Source of the DNA: an uncultured Chloroflexia bacterium
GTDB lineage: Bacteria > Chloroflexota > Limnocylindria > Limnocylindrales > CSP1-4
Length of the DNA: 64,000 nt
NCBI GenBank assembly: GCA_963726055.1
Contig: CAVSAP010000001.1
Coordinates: forward strand, 131,980 to 195,979
Reading direction: 5' to 3'
This document shows positions 56,185-64,000 of the stretch, in pieces (position 1 is the stretch's first letter; every line of letters begins with the position of its first letter). The translations under genes and the position numbers were made by a program. The notes below the pieces were generated by a model, which worked only from the letters and a program-made list of their open reading frames with translations, did not search any database and was not told where the DNA came from.

Positions 56185-57426
56185 ATGAAGAGCGTGACCG
56201 CGCGGATCGCGGGCCTGGCAGGGCTCGCACTCGTCGCCGCTGCCTGCGGCGCCAACGTCACCCCGGGGGCAAGCGGAACGGGGGCCGCCCCGACACCGCC
56301 CGCCGCCTCGGGCAGCCCTGCAGCTGGCGGGGATCCGGTCATCATCGGCGCGAGCCTCACCCTGACCGGCATCCAGGCGCCATTCGACGAGCCGGGTCTC
56401 CGGGGCGCGAACCTGGCTGTCGAGGAGCTCAACAAGGCCGGCGGCATCCTCGGCCGGCCGGTCGAGCTCGTGAACCTCGACGGCAAGAGTGATCCAGTCG
56501 TCGTCGGCAACAACGCGATCCAGCTGATCGAGCGCGACGCCGCGGCCATCATCGCCCCGTGCGACTTCGACTTTGGCAGCCCGGCCAGCCGTGAGGCGCA
56601 GAAAGCCGGCCTAGTCGGCATCTCGACCTGCGCCTCGTCGCCGCTCTACAACTCGACAAACCTCGGCGACAAGCAGTTCACCCTGTCGATGTGGAACACG
56701 ACGATGGGCTCGGCCGCCGCCGAGTACGCGTTCAAGGAGAAGGGCTGGGAGACGGCCTACGTCGTCACCGACACGTTCATCGACTACACGAAGTCGCTCA
56801 GCCGCTATTTCATCGACTCGTTCGAGCAGTCGGGCGGCGAGGTCTTCGGCGAGGACACCTACACCCAGGGCGCCCAGGACTTCTCGGCCCAGTTGCAGCG
56901 AATCCAGGCGCTCCCCGCCCAACCCGACGTCTACTTCGTGTCGTCCTACCAGCCGGACCTCGGCACGATCATTCGGGCGATGCGCGGGGCGGGCATCACG
57001 GCGCCGATCTTCGGTGGCGACTCCTACGACGATCCGCAGCTGGTCGAGACGCTGGGCGACCAGGGCAAGGACGTCTTCTTCATCACCCATAGCTACGCGA
57101 CGCCGGACGCCGGACCGAACATGAAGGCATTCCTCGACCTGTGGCAGGCGGAGCACGGCGAGGCGCCGGATACGGCGTTCGTCGTGACCGGTTGGGACAC
57201 CATCAACGTCCTCGCCCAGTCGATGGAGAGTGCCGGCTCGACCGATGGTGCCGCCGTTGCCAAGGCCATGGAGGACCTCGAGTTCGATCTCCTGACCGGC
57301 AAGCTCGACTGGTCGGCGGCCGCCGACGGCCACGAGCCGAACAAGGAGACCGTCGTCGTCGAGATCACCCAGGGCTCGACGAAGTTCCTCGGCTGGTACC
57401 TGCCGGCCTACCTCCCGGAGCCCTAG
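56185..57426 (+). CDS. LIV/amide-urea type ABC transporter substrate-binding lipoprotein
   Basis: GAGGAGG SD. Lipobox LVAAACG. Periplasmic-binding-protein type I pattern (VIIGASLTLTG..; AIIAPCDF; VYFVSSY). Confidence 0.85.
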   Translation: MKSVTARIAGLAGLALVAAACGANVTPGASGTGAAPTPPAASGSPAAGGDPVIIGASLTLTGIQAPFDEPGLRGANLAVEELNKAGGILGRPVELVNLDGKSDPVVVGNNAIQLIERDAAAIIAPCDFDFGSPASREAQKAGLVGISTCASSPLYNSTNLGDKQFTLSMWNTTMGSAAAEYAFKEKGWETAYVVTDTFIDYTKSLSRYFIDSFEQSGGEVFGEDTYTQGAQDFSAQLQRIQALPAQPDVYFVSSYQPDLGTIIRAMRGAGITAPIFGGDSYDDPQLVETLGDQGKDVFFITHSYATPDAGPNMKAFLDLWQAEHGEAPDTAFVVTGWDTINVLAQSMESAGSTDGAAVAKAMEDLEFDLLTGKLDWSAAADGHEPNKETVVVEITQGSTKFLGWYLPAYLPEP

Positions 57427-57446
57427 CCGCTCCCGGCGCATCCACT

Positions 57447-57472
57447 CCGGGCCCGGCTTCGACCGGGCCCGG
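57447..57472 (+). promoter_or_regulatory. intercistronic stem-loop (CCGGGCCCGG cttcga CCGGGCCCGG) between the binding-protein and ATPase genes
   Basis: Two copies of a self-complementary 10-mer form a 10-bp stem. The position is typical of mRNA-stabilising hairpins after ABC binding-protein genes. Confidence 0.4.
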
Positions 57473-57494
57473 ACCTTATCCGGAGGACAGCACC

Positions 57495-58223
57495 ACGGGC
57501 AGCCTCCAGATCGAGGGCGTGACGAAGGACTTCGCGGGCCTGCGCGCGCTCGATGACGTCAGCCTCCAGCTCGAGCAGGGCGAGATCCTCGGCTTGATCG
57601 GGCCGAACGGGTCCGGCAAGACGACGCTCATCAACGTCGTGTCGGGTCTGCTGCCGGCGACATCCGGCCGTGTCGTCGCGAACGGCGTCGTGATCAGCGG
57701 GCGCCGCCCCCACGAGGTCGCGCGAGCCGGCGTCGCCCGGACCTTCCAGTCGGTGCGGCTGTTCCGCGGCCTGACGGTCCGCGAGAACGTCGAGGTCGCC
57801 GCACTCGGGGCCGGAACCGGCCGCGCCGAGGCACGGCGACGGGCCGACGAGCTGGTCGCGGAGTTCGGCCTCGAGCCATGGTCCGATGTGCTTGCCGGAA
57901 CGCTGCCCTACGGTCGGGAACGGAGCCTGGAGATGGCCAGGGCACTCGCGACCGGCGCCGATTTCCTGCTGCTCGACGAGCCGGCCGCCGGTCTCGACGA
58001 GGCCGAGGGCGACGCGCTGCTCGGCGTCCTCGCCGACATCCCCGCTCGCCGCGGCTGCGGTGTGCTTGTCATCGATCACGACATGCGGCTGATCATGCGG
58101 CTCTGCCAGAGACTCCACGTCCTCGCCTACGGCCGCACCGTCGCCGAAGGCACGGCCGACGAGATCAGGAACTCGCCGGCGGTCATCGAGGCCTACCTCG
58201 GCTCCGCTGGAACGGACGCCTGA
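57495..58223 (+). CDS. LivG-like branched-chain/amide ABC transporter ATP-binding protein (start codon uncertain)
   Basis: LQIEGVTKDFAGLRALDDVS; Walker A GPNGSGKTT; LPYGRERSLEMARAL; Walker B LLLDEP. The GGAGGA SD at 57482-57487 is optimally spaced for ACG 57495. The only canonical in-frame start after the upstream stop is GTG 57519. Confidence 0.85.
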   Translation, partial: TGSLQIEGVTKDFAGLRALDDVSLQLEQGEILGLIGPNGSGKTTLINVVSGLLPATSGRVVANGVVISGRRPHEVARAGVARTFQSVRLFRGLTVRENVEVAALGAGTGRAEARRRADELVAEFGLEPWSDVLAGTLPYGRERSLEMARALATGADFLLLDEPAAGLDEAEGDALLGVLADIPARRGCGVLVIDHDMRLIMRLCQRLHVLAYGRTVAEGTADEIRNSPAVIEAYLGSAGTDA

Positions 58224-58224
58224 G

Positions 58225-58980
58225 GTGCTCCTCTCAGTCGAGGGCCTGGAGGCGCGGTACGGTGCGATCGTCGCCCTGCGGGGGGTGTCGATCGAGGTCG
58301 ATGAGGGCGAGCTCGTCGCGCTCGTCGGCTCGAACGGGGCCGGCAAGACCACGACCCTGGCCGTCATCGCCGGCCTCCGGCGCGCCGTCGGCGGCTCGGT
58401 GACGTTCGCCGACCGGCCATTGCTCGGGCGCGCTCCGGAGGATGTGGCGCGCCTCGGCATCGCGATGGTGCCCGAGAATCGAGGCCTCTTCCCGAGCCTG
58501 ACCGTCGCCGAGAACCTGCGGCTGGGTGCCTATCTCCGCCGCGACGCCGCCGCTGTCCGGGCCGACCTGACCCGGCTGGAGGAGCGGTTCCCGGTGATCG
58601 GCGAACGGCGCAACCAGCCCGCCGGGACGCTCTCGGGTGGCGAGCAGCAGCAGCTCGCGATCGCCAGGGCGCTGCTGACGCGGCCGCGTCTCGTGATGCT
58701 CGACGAGCCGTCGCTCGGCCTTGCTCCGACGCTCGTCGACCGCGTCTTCGAGCTCGTCGCCGAGCTTCACCGCGAAGGGACGACGATCCTGCTCGTCGAG
58801 CAGAATGTCCGGCGGACGCTCCAGGTCGCGGACCGCGCCTACGTCCTGAGGACGGGGCGGGTGGAGGCCTCCGGCCGGCCCGATGAGCTCCGGGCGCTCG
58901 TCGACATGGAGGCCGTCTACCTCGGCGCCGGGACGGGTCGCCCGCCGCCGGCTGCTCTGCCGGGCGGGCCGACGGCATGA
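58225..58980 (+). CDS. LivF-like ABC transporter ATP-binding protein
   Basis: LSVEGLEARYGAIVALRGVS; Walker A GSNGAGKTT; signature LSGGEQQQL; Walker B VMLDEP. Confidence 0.9.
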   Translation: MLLSVEGLEARYGAIVALRGVSIEVDEGELVALVGSNGAGKTTTLAVIAGLRRAVGGSVTFADRPLLGRAPEDVARLGIAMVPENRGLFPSLTVAENLRLGAYLRRDAAAVRADLTRLEERFPVIGERRNQPAGTLSGGEQQQLAIARALLTRPRLVMLDEPSLGLAPTLVDRVFELVAELHREGTTILLVEQNVRRTLQVADRAYVLRTGRVEASGRPDELRALVDMEAVYLGAGTGRPPPAALPGGPTA

Positions 58981-59873
58981 CCGCCGAAGGCTTCTTCCAG
59001 TTCGTCGTCAATGCCCTGAGCCTTGGCAGCCTGTACGCGCTGATGGCGCTCGGCATGGCGATCGTCTTCGGAATCCTGCGGCTCGTGAATCTTGCCTACG
59101 GCGAGCTGATCATGGTCGCCGGCTACACCCTCTTCCTCCTGAACGACAGCCCGCTCCCGTGGCTCTTCAGCGCCCTGTTCGCCGTCGTCATGGCCGCCTT
59201 CGCGAGCGTCCTGACCGAGCGGATCGCGTTCCGGCCCGTGCGGACGAACTCGCTGAACGCAATGCTCATCACCTCGTTCGCGGTGAGCACACTGCTCCAG
59301 AACGCGGCTCTTCTCCTCGTTTCGCCCCGTACCCGCGCCGTCAATGTCCCGAGCGTCCTCACCCAGAGCGTCGAGATCGCCGGGGTGCGGGTCTCCGTGG
59401 CCAACATCCTCACGATCGTCGTCAGCCTGGGCCTGCTCGCCGGCCTGAGCCTGCTCCTCCGCCGGACGACGCTCGGGATCGCGCTCCGTGCCGCGGCCGA
59501 CGACTTCCCGATGACGCGGATGCTGGGCGTTCGCGCGGACCGGGTGATTGCGACCGCGTTCGCGATCAGCGGCGTCCTGGCCGGCGTCGTCGGGCTGTTC
59601 TGGGTCGCCCGGATCGGTTCGGTTACCCCGACGATCGGCGCCGGCCCGCTCCTGATCGCGCTGATCGCGACCGTGATCGGCGGCATGCAGGGCCTGAGCG
59701 GGGCGATCGCCGGCGGCTACCTGCTCGGGGCGCTGACCGTCGGCATGCAGCTCGTCCTGCCCCAGGGGCTGCTCGATTACCGCGATGCGTTCACGTTCGG
59801 AATCGTCATCCTGGTCCTGCTGGTCCGGCCCCAGGGTCTGATCCCCGGTCGCAGCACGGTCAGGGTCGGGTAG
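58977..59873 (+). CDS. LivH-like ABC transporter permease
   Basis: ATGA overlap with livF-like gene. N-terminus FFQFVVNALSLGSLYALMALGMAIVFG, typical of LivH. Confidence 0.85.
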   Translation: MTAEGFFQFVVNALSLGSLYALMALGMAIVFGILRLVNLAYGELIMVAGYTLFLLNDSPLPWLFSALFAVVMAAFASVLTERIAFRPVRTNSLNAMLITSFAVSTLLQNAALLLVSPRTRAVNVPSVLTQSVEIAGVRVSVANILTIVVSLGLLAGLSLLLRRTTLGIALRAAADDFPMTRMLGVRADRVIATAFAISGVLAGVVGLFWVARIGSVTPTIGAGPLLIALIATVIGGMQGLSGAIAGGYLLGALTVGMQLVLPQGLLDYRDAFTFGIVILVLLVRPQGLIPGRSTVRVG

Positions 59874-59878
59874 TGGTC

Positions 59879-60946
59879 ATGACCCGCTCTCGCGAGTTCC
59901 TGGCCACGAATCGACCGCTGTTGGTCCTGCTGGTGCCGCTCGTCGCCGCGACCATCATCGGCTCGGCGGTCGGTGGGACCCTGCTCGGCCGGATTCTCAC
60001 GACCTTCTTCATCAACCTGATACTCGTCCTGAGCCTCCAGCTCTTTACCGGCAACTCGGGCCTGCTCTCGTTCGCCCACGCCGGCTTCATGGGCATCGGC
60101 GCCTACACCTCCGCCGTCCTGACGATGACGCCCGCCGCCAAGGCCGCGGCGATCCCCGACATCTACCCGTTCCTCGTGTCGATCCAGCTGCCGTTCCTCG
60201 GCGGCATCATCGGTGGCGCGCTGGTGGCGGCGCTGTTCGCCGCCGTCATCAGCTTTCCGATCATGCGCCTCTCCGACGCCGCCTCGGTGATCTCGACGTT
60301 CGCCCTGCTCGTCATCATCCAGGTCGTGCTCACGCACTGGAGCCAGGTGACGAACGGGCCGCGGACGCTGTTCGGGCTGCTGCCCTACACCGATCTGCCG
60401 ACGGTCGCCCTCTGGGGCCTCGTCTTCCTCGTCGTCGCCTGGGTATTCAAGCACTCCTCGATCGGTCTCCGACTGCGGGCCTCCCGTGACAGTGAGTTCG
60501 CGGCTTCCACGGTCGGGATCAACATCGTCCGGCTTCGCTGGGTAGCGTTCACGATCAGTGCCTTCGTGGCGGGCTTCGCCGGAGGCCTCTGGGCCCACTT
60601 CATCACGTCGTTCACGCCACGAGCCTTCTATCTGACCGAGACGTTTGTGGTCCTGACCATGCTCATCGTCGGCGGACCGCGGACGGTCTCCGGGGCGGTC
60701 GTCGGGACCGTCGCGGTGACCGTCGCCTTCCAGGGCCTCCGCTCCATCGAGAACGAGCTGAACATCCAGTTCGCGCCATTCCAGGTCGTCGGGCTGACCG
60801 AGATCATCCTCGCGGTCGTCCTCATCGTGATCCTCGCAATCCGCCCTGGCGGCCTCCTCGAGGAGCGCGAGATCCTGTCTCGAGCCAGGCGGGCGCCGCT
60901 GCCCGCGACCTCGGGAACGCCCTCCCCGTCGGAGGAGGCCGGATGA
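59879..60946 (+). CDS. LivM-like ABC transporter permease
   Basis: ATG 59879 within the 58883 frame. Contains LQLFTGNSGLLSFAHAGFMGIGAYT and about nine TM helices. Confidence 0.85.
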   Translation: MTRSREFLATNRPLLVLLVPLVAATIIGSAVGGTLLGRILTTFFINLILVLSLQLFTGNSGLLSFAHAGFMGIGAYTSAVLTMTPAAKAAAIPDIYPFLVSIQLPFLGGIIGGALVAALFAAVISFPIMRLSDAASVISTFALLVIIQVVLTHWSQVTNGPRTLFGLLPYTDLPTVALWGLVFLVVAWVFKHSSIGLRLRASRDSEFAASTVGINIVRLRWVAFTISAFVAGFAGGLWAHFITSFTPRAFYLTETFVVLTMLIVGGPRTVSGAVVGTVAVTVAFQGLRSIENELNIQFAPFQVVGLTEIILAVVLIVILAIRPGGLLEEREILSRARRAPLPATSGTPSPSEEAG

Positions 60947-62308
60947 GCGGTCCGGGCGACGTCGTGGCGAGGCTCGATGAGCTCGACGCCGACTTCCTGT
61001 GGCTCGTCTACCACGACTATTCGGGGCTGGGGCGGGCGAAGGCGGTGACGCGTGACCGGCTCGCCGATGCAGTCGAGCGAGGGGTCACGTGGGCAAAGGC
61101 CAACTGGAACATCGCGATCAACGACCACCTCATTCCGGACCCCGGCTTCGCGGCTGACTCGGGTGATTTCATCGCCCGGCCGGATCCGGAGACGCTGGTG
61201 CCGGTTCCGTATCGACCTCGGGTGGCGCAGGCCCTCAGCAATCTGGTCGACGAGGCCGGCCTGCCGTGGGACGGTGACCCCCGCGGACGGTTGCGTGGGC
61301 AGGTGGCGGCGCTGGCCGGCCTGGGCTTCGAGGCTCGCGTCGCGTTCGAGAGCGAGTTCCTCCTGGTCCAGGCGACACCGGACGGCGCGTGGACGCCGGC
61401 AGATCGGGGCCGGATGTTCACGGTCGACGAGCTCGACGCACGATGGCCATGGACGGCGCGGATGCTCGACGCCCTGGCCGGGATGGGCATCCCGGTGCAC
61501 CAGTTCGCCAAGGAGTACGGGATGGGCCAGTACGAGCTGAGCCTGCTGCCGGCCGACCCGGTCACGGCCGCCGACCGCTTCGTGCTCGCCCGACAGGCGA
61601 TCAAGGCGCTCGCCCGCAGCGAGGGCCTGGTCGCGACCTTCATGCCGAAGCCGTTCGCCGACCTGCCCGGCAACGGGCTCCACGTTCATGTCAGCCTGTG
61701 GGGGCAAGACGGGATGGATGCCACGGCGGACCCGGTCGACGAGGCCGGACTGAGCGACGTTGGCCGCGCCGCGGTGGCGGGGCTGCTCGCCCACGGTCGA
61801 GCCGAGGCCGCCCTCGGCGCGCCGACGGCGAATTCCTACAAGCGGCTGCTGCCCGGCTCGTGGGCGCCGGCGCACGTCTGCTGGGCCACCGGCAACCGCG
61901 CCGCCCTCGTCAGGATCCCGGGCCGCGGTGCCGCCCGCCGGCTCGAGTACCGCTCCGGTGACGCCTCGGCCAGCCCGTATCTCCACCTGGCGGGCCTTGC
62001 TCGCGGCGATCGTCGACGGTATCGCCCATCGGCAGACCCCGCCGCCGCCGGTGGAGGTCGACGTCGGCCACCTGACCGACGAGGAAGCGGCCGCCAGGGG
62101 TGCCCCACGCCTGCCGTCCTCGCTCGCGGACGCCCTCGATGCCCTCGACGGGGACGAAGTGCTGCGAACGATGCTGGGACCGACGATCGACGAGCATTAC
62201 CGCGCGGTGAAGCGCTACGAGCTCGCCTGTGCCGAGGAGGCCGGAGCCACCACACCGGCGACGGAGGTGACCGAATGGGAACGCCAGACCTACCTGGAGC
62301 CGCTCTGA
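60943..62308 (+). pseudogene. glutamine synthetase family (type I-like gamma-glutamyl ligase), one frame change near 61995
   Basis: FESEFLL, FAKEYGMGQYELS, ATFMPKP..GNGLHVHVSLW, NSYKRL and RLEYRSGDASASPYLHLAG read in one frame. The conserved continuation LLAAIVDGI...LPSSLADALDAL..VLRTMLG lies in the frame of ORF 61760-62308. Confidence 0.8.
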
Positions 62309-63294
62309 TGCCGACGGGTACCGGGGCGCCGTCTGGCTCCGTCGCTGACCGCCTCGCGCGGATCTTTCCCGGCGAGCGGATCGCGCTGGTGGGTCGGGTC
62401 GATGCCATGGCCGAGCGCTTCGACGCCTTGACGAATCAACGCCCGGCGACGTGCGGCGCGTACGCCCTCAGCTATCTCCTCGAACCGCTCGGCTTCGCCC
62501 GCCGCGGCGACCTGGATCTGCGCGACGAGGACGCCCTCGCCCACCTGGCGGGCGTCGTCATCGAGGACTACGAGGTCGAGCCGTCCGAGGCGGTCGCCGC
62601 TCGCGTCCGCAGCGGCGAGTTGAGCGAGGCCGAGGCTCTCGAGCGATTCCCGAAGATCTGGTACCGCTATCCGGTCCGCGCCTCGAACGACCCGGTGATC
62701 ACGGGCACGAGTCCGATGGGTGTCGCCCGGGCGATCGCGATCGGCACGGGCGGCGGGCTCGGCACGGTCCCGATCCCGGGGCGGCGTGGTGGCGCCGGTG
62801 ATGGCGAGGTCCAGCTGACCGCCGACCGCTGGGACGCGCTGTTCGACCTCTTCGCCGAGCGGATCGACGACTGGGACATCCACGTCGTCTTCAACTACGA
62901 GGTCGACCAGCTCCTGAAGCCGACCGACCCGGGCTACACGCCCGACGCCCTCCGATCGCCGGACGCCACCGAGCGACTGGCCCGGGACGACTGGCACGTC
63001 GGCCACTTCGTCGGGTTGGCCGGGCTGTGGCGCCGGCCGTGGGGCGAGCGGTGGCTGATGCTGTTCGACACATACAAGGAGAGAGGCTTCGACGGCTATC
63101 AGCCCCAGCCGGCCGAGCTCATGCGGCAGGGTCTCGTCCGCGAGGACGGTCGTGGAGGCGGACTGCTCCTCGTCCTCCCCGCCGCCCGGCTGGCCGACGG
63201 GATCCGGGCGGTCGAAGACGTCGGCCTGGCGGTCGGGCCGTGGAACAACGGCAGTCCCGATCCGGATGACTGGCACTGGGAGCCGGGCCGCTGA
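62308..63294 (+). CDS. hypothetical papain-fold Cys/His/Asp enzyme, phytochelatin-synthase-like (tentative)
   Basis: ATG overlaps the corrected upstream stop (TGATG). The motifs NQRPATCGAYALSYLLEPLG, HVGHFVGLAGL and WLMLFDTYK line up with the catalytic Cys, His and Asp regions of bacterial PCS-like proteins, recalled from memory. Confidence 0.5.
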   Translation: MPTGTGAPSGSVADRLARIFPGERIALVGRVDAMAERFDALTNQRPATCGAYALSYLLEPLGFARRGDLDLRDEDALAHLAGVVIEDYEVEPSEAVAARVRSGELSEAEALERFPKIWYRYPVRASNDPVITGTSPMGVARAIAIGTGGGLGTVPIPGRRGGAGDGEVQLTADRWDALFDLFAERIDDWDIHVVFNYEVDQLLKPTDPGYTPDALRSPDATERLARDDWHVGHFVGLAGLWRRPWGERWLMLFDTYKERGFDGYQPQPAELMRQGLVREDGRGGGLLLVLPAARLADGIRAVEDVGLAVGPWNNGSPDPDDWHWEPGR

Positions 63295-63295
63295 G

Positions 63296-64000
63296 GTGAC
63301 GGTCGATCGAGCGGCGAGCGCCGTCACCGATCTCGTCGAACGTGATCGGCGAGTCATTGCCGACGCCCAGAAGATCCGGTTCTTCCCGTTCGCCCCGGTC
63401 TCCGGCTCGGGCGCCCGACTCGTCGATGCCGATGGCCGATCGTGGCTCGACTTCACCGCCGGCTGGGCCGTCACGAACGCAGGCTACGGTCATCCCGGCG
63501 TGCGAGCGGCGATCGAGGCCCAGCTCCGGCGGGGAACGTACGCAGGAGGGGTCTCGGCGGTCGTCGAGCCGGCCGTCGCTCTGGCCGAACGGCTCCTCGA
63601 ACTGGCGCCCGTCCGCGACCCGGCCAAGGTCTGGTTCGGCCACTCCGGCTCGGACGCCAACGAGGCCATGGCCCGGCTCGTGCGGCGGGCGACGGGCCGG
63701 CCCCGGATCCTGACGTTCCTGGGCGCCTACCACGGCGCGACCGACGGATCCGCGGCGCTCAGCGGCCACTCCGCCCAAGCTCGTTACGCGGATACGGGGA
63801 CGGCGACGAAGGCCCCATTCCCGAATGCCTACCGACCGTCGCTCGCCGCCGACGCGGAACTCGACGAGGCGGCCTGCCTCGCGGCCGTGGAGGAGCGTCT
63901 CAGCACGACCTGCCCGGCCGCCGAGACGGCCGCCATCCTTGTCGAGCCCATCCAGTCCGACGGCGGGATCCTCGTTCCGTCGCCGGCGTTCCTGCAGGGG
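63296..64000 (+). CDS. class-III pyridoxal-phosphate aminotransferase (GABA/ornithine/omega-amine type), 3-prime end outside window
   Basis: GTG 63296 starts a frame open to the window end; it is not in the ORF track because there is no stop. Motifs RLVDADGRSWLDFTAGWAVTNAGYGHP, FGHSGSDANEAM, AYHGAT and EPIQSDGG. Confidence 0.85.
   Translation, partial: MTVDRAASAVTDLVERDRRVIADAQKIRFFPFAPVSGSGARLVDADGRSWLDFTAGWAVTNAGYGHPGVRAAIEAQLRRGTYAGGVSAVVEPAVALAERLLELAPVRDPAKVWFGHSGSDANEAMARLVRRATGRPRILTFLGAYHGATDGSAALSGHSAQARYADTGTATKAPFPNAYRPSLAADAELDEAACLAAVEERLSTTCPAAETAAILVEPIQSDGGILVPSPAFLQG

Noticed and set aside
1-64000. Mobile elements, prophage, defence islands, toxin-antitoxin pairs
   Set aside because: I recognised no integrase, transposase, reverse transcriptase, cas, restriction-modification, phage structural or TA-like motifs in any frame. 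There are also no tRNA genes or flanking direct repeats to mark an island.

Overview
Very GC-rich (about 70% by eye, not computed) chromosomal segment of a Gram-positive-type, high-GC bacterium (Actinomycetota- or Chloroflexota-like; taxon not determinable from here). In high-GC DNA long spurious ORFs are open in all six frames, so calls rest on recognisable protein motifs, start-site context and gene junctions. No rRNA, tRNA, CRISPR, transposase, integrase, phage or recognisable defence genes were found. Content in order: guaA (5-prime partial); a cluster of zinc-ribbon and membrane proteins around a UPF0182 giant membrane protein; a CPBP protease; radC-mreB-mreC; the rmlA-B-D-C dTDP-rhamnose operon; a secreted His/Cys protein and a large GH18 multidomain wall hydrolase; polyprenol-P-mannose synthase plus a GT4; DUF3048; then a large cell-wall glycan locus. 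That locus holds a Wbp-type UDP-diacetamido-mannuronate pathway, several glycosyltransferases, a Wzm/Wzt ABC exporter and a second nucleotide-sugar dehydrogenase. Next come a PrsA-like PPIase, mazG-rph-rdgB, a LOG protein, an LCP ligase and secreted Kelch, beta-helix and AMIN-like proteins. The window ends with a nitrogen-compound module: formamidase, a LIV-type ABC importer, a glutamine-synthetase-like ligase, a phytochelatin-synthase-like thiol enzyme and a class-III aminotransferase (3-prime partial). Main observations: (1) all nine genes of one glycan operon (26.4-37.1 kb) are frame-disrupted by about 28 single-nt indels, while the flanks read cleanly; this is either an assembly artefact or recent operon death. 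(2) A 128-bp tandem repeat of 2.4 copies starts at the -35 position of the exporter promoter. (3) A GS-like ligase, PCS-like hydrolase and aminotransferase sit together in an arrangement I do not recognise as a described pathway. (4) TANNNT -10 boxes lie 6-9 nt upstream of many start codons, implying leaderless mRNAs. (5) Several repeat-containing secreted proteins are uncharacterised.
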